This document shows, piece by piece, positions 59,413-64,000 of a DNA stretch of 64,000 bases (the stretch's first letter is position 1; each line of letters begins with the position of its first letter). The position numbers were made by a program, and so were the translations under genes. The notes beneath the pieces were generated by a model, which searched no databases, had not been told where the DNA came from, and saw nothing but the letters and a program-made list of their open reading frames with translations. Source of the DNA: Eledone cirrhosa (Eukaryota); assembly GCA_964016885.1 (NCBI GenBank), contig OZ024744.1, positions 30,256,001 through 30,320,000 of the forward strand, read 5' to 3'.

Positions 59413-60137
59413 GATATAGATAGATAGATAGATAGATAGATAGACGTGTACCAAACACACACACATTTCTTACTCTGACCCTCCCTCTTTCTCTCTTCAT
59501 TTATATATATATATGTGTGTGTTGTGTGTGGAGCGTTATTTGTCGTTGTTGAAAAGAGCAGTGGTCTTTGACCTGGCAATAAAAAACTGTAGACAAAATT
59601 CTTTCTGTACCCAAACCAAGGCACACACACACACAAGTTTGTGTGTGTGTATGTATATGTGTGTATGTGTGCGTGCGCGTCTATGTGTGTTTGTGTGTGT
59701 CTGTGTATCTATCTATGTATATATATATATACATAAGGGATACAAATACTACTTTCTCACTGTCTCCAAGCTTCTTAATTCATTCGTTGCTAAGTATTTT
59801 ATTTTGCAAGGTACTATTTTTCCCTGATTTTGTGATTTCCGAGAAAGGTAAGAAATTCTTCATATTTTACATCTTTTGTATTTTGACTTTACAGTTTGAA
59901 TTGTAGAATTGTTTATCCAATCAAAATATTACAACAGCTAACAGTGAAATATAGAATTTAAAAAAATGCTTTTTCGACTGAAATCAAGTCTTTGAGAACA
60001 TTCACGTCTATTTTTCAAAAATATATGATTAGAAATAGTTTGCTTTTCTTTTGGACTGAAACTTTTTTTGTATTTAATTCGTACGGGTATTTTTTAAAGA
60101 TCTTTTTAAAGATTCTAACATAACTTGATTTAGCCCA

Positions 60138-61274
60138 TTACGTGCACTGCGGCATTCATATTTCTCAACTTATTATAAATAAGTTCGTACAACAAGCTTC
60201 ACTTATCAAAACTGTTCTAGATTACGTGAATGAATTGCGGAAACTATAGTACATCAGGGAAATTTAAGCAAGCGTATTTATCACAACATGATGAAGAAAA
60301 GGAAGTATCGTCACCACGCTCCTTAACACCTGTGTGCCCTACTGGATGGCTAACACGACTTACTGCAGTCAAAGCCCTTCTTGACAATTATTCAGATGTC
60401 CCTATATCTTTACAAGAGGCAACAAATGAGTTTGGCACCAACATTGCATCCAGAGCTAACGTTATTCTTACGTGTCACTCTCCGGGCCAATGTGTCATTG
60501 GATTGCACGTTGTAGTTCCATTAATTCAATTCCTTGAAGGATTGAAGAAATCTTTTCAAAGTACCACCTTCAATCTAGGTAGCATGTTGCATGGTGTCAA
60601 ACTGGTGCAGGAGGAGCTAAAAAAATCTACGCAGTGAAGAAAAATTTCAGGAGCTGTTCAATACAGCAGAAAAAAATGATTTATCAACTCGATATTTCTC
60701 CTTTGGAGCTACCCAGGCAACGAAAAGTTCCTAAAAGATACCAGGAAGGAAATGCGTTAAAATATCAACACTGCACTGCTTTGGATCATTACAGAGTGCA
60801 GTATTTGCAGGTAGCGGATACTGCAATATCTAATTTGAAAGATTTTTTTTTTTCACAGGATTTAGCAGATTATGAAAAACTGAGCAATATTTTACTCAAT
60901 GGAAATGTTTGTGCTGAAGTGATCATGCACTATCCAGAGCTTGATGGATTTTCTTTAAGGAACGAAATACTTTTTTTATAGAAATCATCATAGTGGATCA
61001 TCTCTCGAGGATCATCGTAATGTTTCTAAATGTTGAGCGATTGCTCAGGCTACTTTTAATGTTTCCAACCAGTTCTTGTGAAGCTGAAAGATCTTTTAGC
61101 GCTCTGCAGAGACTCAAAACTTCGTTGCGATCGACCATGACTCAGCAAAGGTTGAATCATATTCTAATATGCCACGTTCATAAAGATGTTTTGAAAAAGA
61201 TTAGTTGTGAAGAAGTTGCTAAATTATTTATTGACAGCAATGATGCGAGATATGATACATTTGGAAAGTTCTAA
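60138..61274 (+). pseudogene. Decayed hAT transposase (ZMYM1/Tip100-like) with dimerisation domain
   Basis: YVHCGIH (CxxH), VCPTGW (xCxTRW), PTSSCEAERSFSALQRLKTSLRSTMTQQRLNH; several frameshifts and stops. Possible terminus gagggccctg at 61520-61529. Confidence 0.85.
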
Positions 61275-62280
61275 AAGACAATAAATTTACTTTATATGAT
61301 TTTTATTCAAACGTCTATGTTTTATTTTTTGTTTATTTGATATAATAAATACTTTTTAAGCTTATTTTTGTTTATATCAGAACTTCATTTGAATATATAA
61401 AATTTAATTAGCGTAAAGAAATGTTTACTTATGTGATAGGGTTCAGGAAAGACACCATAAGTAATACTAAAATGCTCCAACAAATATTGGTTTGTCCCCC
61501 TCACATTTTTAAGACAAACGAGGGCCCTGGAAAAGAGCAACATTATTCATGAATTGAATTCACTGACCCGTTCATCACCGTGATCGGCTTGACCTCGATA
61601 CTTCAGCTCATTCTTACTAACATTCGGTTTGCTTGACCTCATCTTCTCTTCATTGCATTTCCACATCATTTATTCTATAACTAGGTTGTTGCTATTCCTA
61701 TATAAACTGACTGTTTATACTACGATCAAGTCTTGTTATAGCCTTGGGTTTAAGGAAATGCTTTTGTAGTCTTCAACAGTCATCCATTATAATTGCAGCA
61801 CCATTACAAGAATATCACAGTGATGCATTAAATTAAGGGCGATAATTTGAGTAACTCTGACTAATAAGTAATGTCGTAACTTAGTATTATCGCGTCTTAT
61901 CACTACGTGCTTAATTGATGAATTCTATTTCAAAATAGCACATTACTAGTCATTCTTGCATTAAATTCTATTAAACTCGTTGCCTCGTTGATCCTTTATT
62001 GAGTCTGCCACCTTAATTCCCTCAAGCTAAGTTATTACTATTCCTACATGAAAGACTGGTTAATCTTCATATATAACTTGTCTCGACTTGGTTAATTAAT
62101 GACAATATTTGTGTTTTTCATTGCAGTTTTGTTTATTACAAAGCTTTATTCCAGAACATTACTTGAAACTTTATCATACTGGAACAGGACTCATTATAGT
62201 AAGTTCCTTATACATAATTGTATAGGCTTATATAGGCAAATCTTTGCGTAACTTTAGCAAACACATTCGCTAAACAGAAA

Positions 62281-63990
62281 ATGGCCTCAACAATGAAGAA
62301 AATATGCAGGCAGTACAGCGTTGATTACTTACGGTTCAGATTCATCCCATCGCCGTCGAACCACCTGTCACCCATGTGTTTAATTTACAATGAGGTGATG
62401 AAGCCATCGCCTTTGAGTAGACACCTGGAAGTGAGACACCCCGATAAGAGATATAAAGATTTAGCATACTTTCAGTCTCTTAGGGACCAATTCCAGAAAA
62501 CAACACTAATTTCTTCTGCCTTTTCAAAAGTTGAAGCTTCAAATGTTGATGGACTTGTCGCATCTTACAATATTGCCAACATAATCGCAAAGTATGGCAG
62601 GCCCCATTCCTTGGGTGAAACATTGGTAGCCCCTGTCATCTCAGAAGTTCTTTCAGCGGTACTACGTCAGAACCCGTTAAAGACCTTGAAATGTATTCCG
62701 TTGAGTAACGACTCAATAAGGAGACGCATCGACGAAATGGTGGAAAATGTTGAACACAAATTATGCAACATCTTGAAATCGACACAATTTGCTTTGCAAC
62801 TTGATGAAAGCACACTTTCCGGGAATCAGTCCTTACTACTGGGATACGTGCGATTTTTCTACCAAAACGAAATGCACGAGGAGCTTCCTCTGAATCTAGC
62901 CACAGATACTAAAGGTGCCACCATCTTTGAATCTGCCAAGGGATACCTCGAAGAAAAAGAGATACCTCTTAACAATATTGTATCATGTGTTACGGACGGC
63001 GCAAGAGCAATGGTCGGCCAACATAAGGGTTTCGTCTCTCTTCTGAAGAGGGAAAATCCATCTGTATTTACTGTTCACTTGGCTGCGAAGAAAATCAGCG
63101 AGCCGCTGAGCAAGTCTTTGCAGATAGCCATTGATGTCATCAATTATATCAAACGCCATGCCCTCAATGAACAAATTTTCCGGCAACTGTGCGAAGATAA
63201 TGACGAAGAATTCGTCGAGTTGCTCCTTCATATTGAAGTGAGGTGGCTTTCAAAGGGCATGTGCCTTACTCGCTTCTTTGAACTGTTCGACTCTATCATT
63301 GAGTTTCTTCAAGGACGCAACATAGAACTGTATAAAAAAAACCTCGACATCTTCGACAAATGCAATAGCCTCATTATGGCTTTGCAGGAGGAGAAGATCA
63401 CCTTGTTTAAAGCAAGGAATGCTGTGAAAATATTCCTGGACAAATTGAAAGTCATCGAAAGAAATCTTTGTCGACGGGAATTCTATAATGTTCCTAGTGT
63501 CGCCAATGTTCAAAACATTGTGAGCGATGACCAACTCCAAATGTATACCACGCACCCCCGTGCACTGCAAGACAACATGAGAGAACGGTTTGTCGACCTT
63601 TTGCAGATGGACATCCCAATGTGGATAGCAGATCCCTTCATAGCTAACGTCGATGATTTGGATGTTATATTTCAGGAAGAATTAATTGAACTTCAGACAG
63701 ATGACATTATCAAAATTAAATTTTCCAAAATAGGTGAACCCCTTTTTTGGATGCAAGAGGAAATTCAGCGTCGATTTCCACTCCTACATGCAGAGGCTAA
63801 GAGATTTGCTTTGCCTTTTCCTAGCTCATACTTAGTCGAGAGGGGGTTTGGCGCTGTTTCCAGACTGCATAGTAAGGCTCGCAACCCCTACAATGTGATT
63901 GCACGTGGAGATCTCCGGCTACAGCTCACGAAAATCCAGCCTGACGTCAAAGAGTTAGCTAAACTCTATGAAGCTCAAGGGTCCCATTGA
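62281..63990 (+). CDS. hAT Buster/Charlie-type transposase (ZBED5/SCAND3-like), 569 aa, probably non-functional
   Basis: RQYSVDYL, MKPS..RHL...HP, IPLSNDSIRRRI, LQLDEST, TDGARAM, EVRWLSKG, PFPSSYLVERGF, GDLRLQLT, AQGSH. Confidence 0.9.
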   Translation: MASTMKKICRQYSVDYLRFRFIPSPSNHLSPMCLIYNEVMKPSPLSRHLEVRHPDKRYKDLAYFQSLRDQFQKTTLISSAFSKVEASNVDGLVASYNIANIIAKYGRPHSLGETLVAPVISEVLSAVLRQNPLKTLKCIPLSNDSIRRRIDEMVENVEHKLCNILKSTQFALQLDESTLSGNQSLLLGYVRFFYQNEMHEELPLNLATDTKGATIFESAKGYLEEKEIPLNNIVSCVTDGARAMVGQHKGFVSLLKRENPSVFTVHLAAKKISEPLSKSLQIAIDVINYIKRHALNEQIFRQLCEDNDEEFVELLLHIEVRWLSKGMCLTRFFELFDSIIEFLQGRNIELYKKNLDIFDKCNSLIMALQEEKITLFKARNAVKIFLDKLKVIERNLCRREFYNVPSVANVQNIVSDDQLQMYTTHPRALQDNMRERFVDLLQMDIPMWIADPFIANVDDLDVIFQEELIELQTDDIIKIKFSKIGEPLFWMQEEIQRRFPLLHAEAKRFALPFPSSYLVERGFGAVSRLHSKARNPYNVIARGDLRLQLTKIQPDVKELAKLYEAQGSH

Positions 63991-64000
63991 TACGAGGTCA

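Noticed and set aside
60230-63990. Host genes ZMYM1 or ZBED5/SCAND3
   Set aside because: The similarity reflects hAT transposase ancestry. No host-specific domains are present, and the first copy is disrupted.

Overview
Eukaryotic, repeat-dominated genomic DNA with no recognisable host gene. The dense (TA)n/(CA)n/(CATA)n microsatellites and the SINE types suggest a cephalopod such as Octopus (inference). Layout: (1) 1-4181, a mosaic of short modules in direct and inverted copies embedded in (TA)n, several with hammerhead-ribozyme-like cores; (2) a 200-N gap; (3) 4382-39837, a ~35.5 kb satellite of 21/27-bp units with 390-bp and ~3.81-kb higher-order structure; (4) 39838-51490, a same-strand train of non-LTR retroelements: an apparently intact two-ORF Tx1/L1-group LINE flanked by (AAT)n on both sides, non-autonomous RTE-like elements, and a decayed RTE LINE with three C-terminal C2H2 fingers; (5) a 44-bp-arm palindrome, a ~420-bp tandem array rich in hairpins, and a tRNA-like gene; (6) a 5'-truncated Penelope-like element with inverted pseudo-LTRs carrying minimal hammerhead ribozymes; (7) SINEs and two hAT transposases. 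The giant ORFs over the satellite and microsatellites are most likely artefacts of triplet periodicity. All family assignments come from motif recognition by eye; no searches were run.
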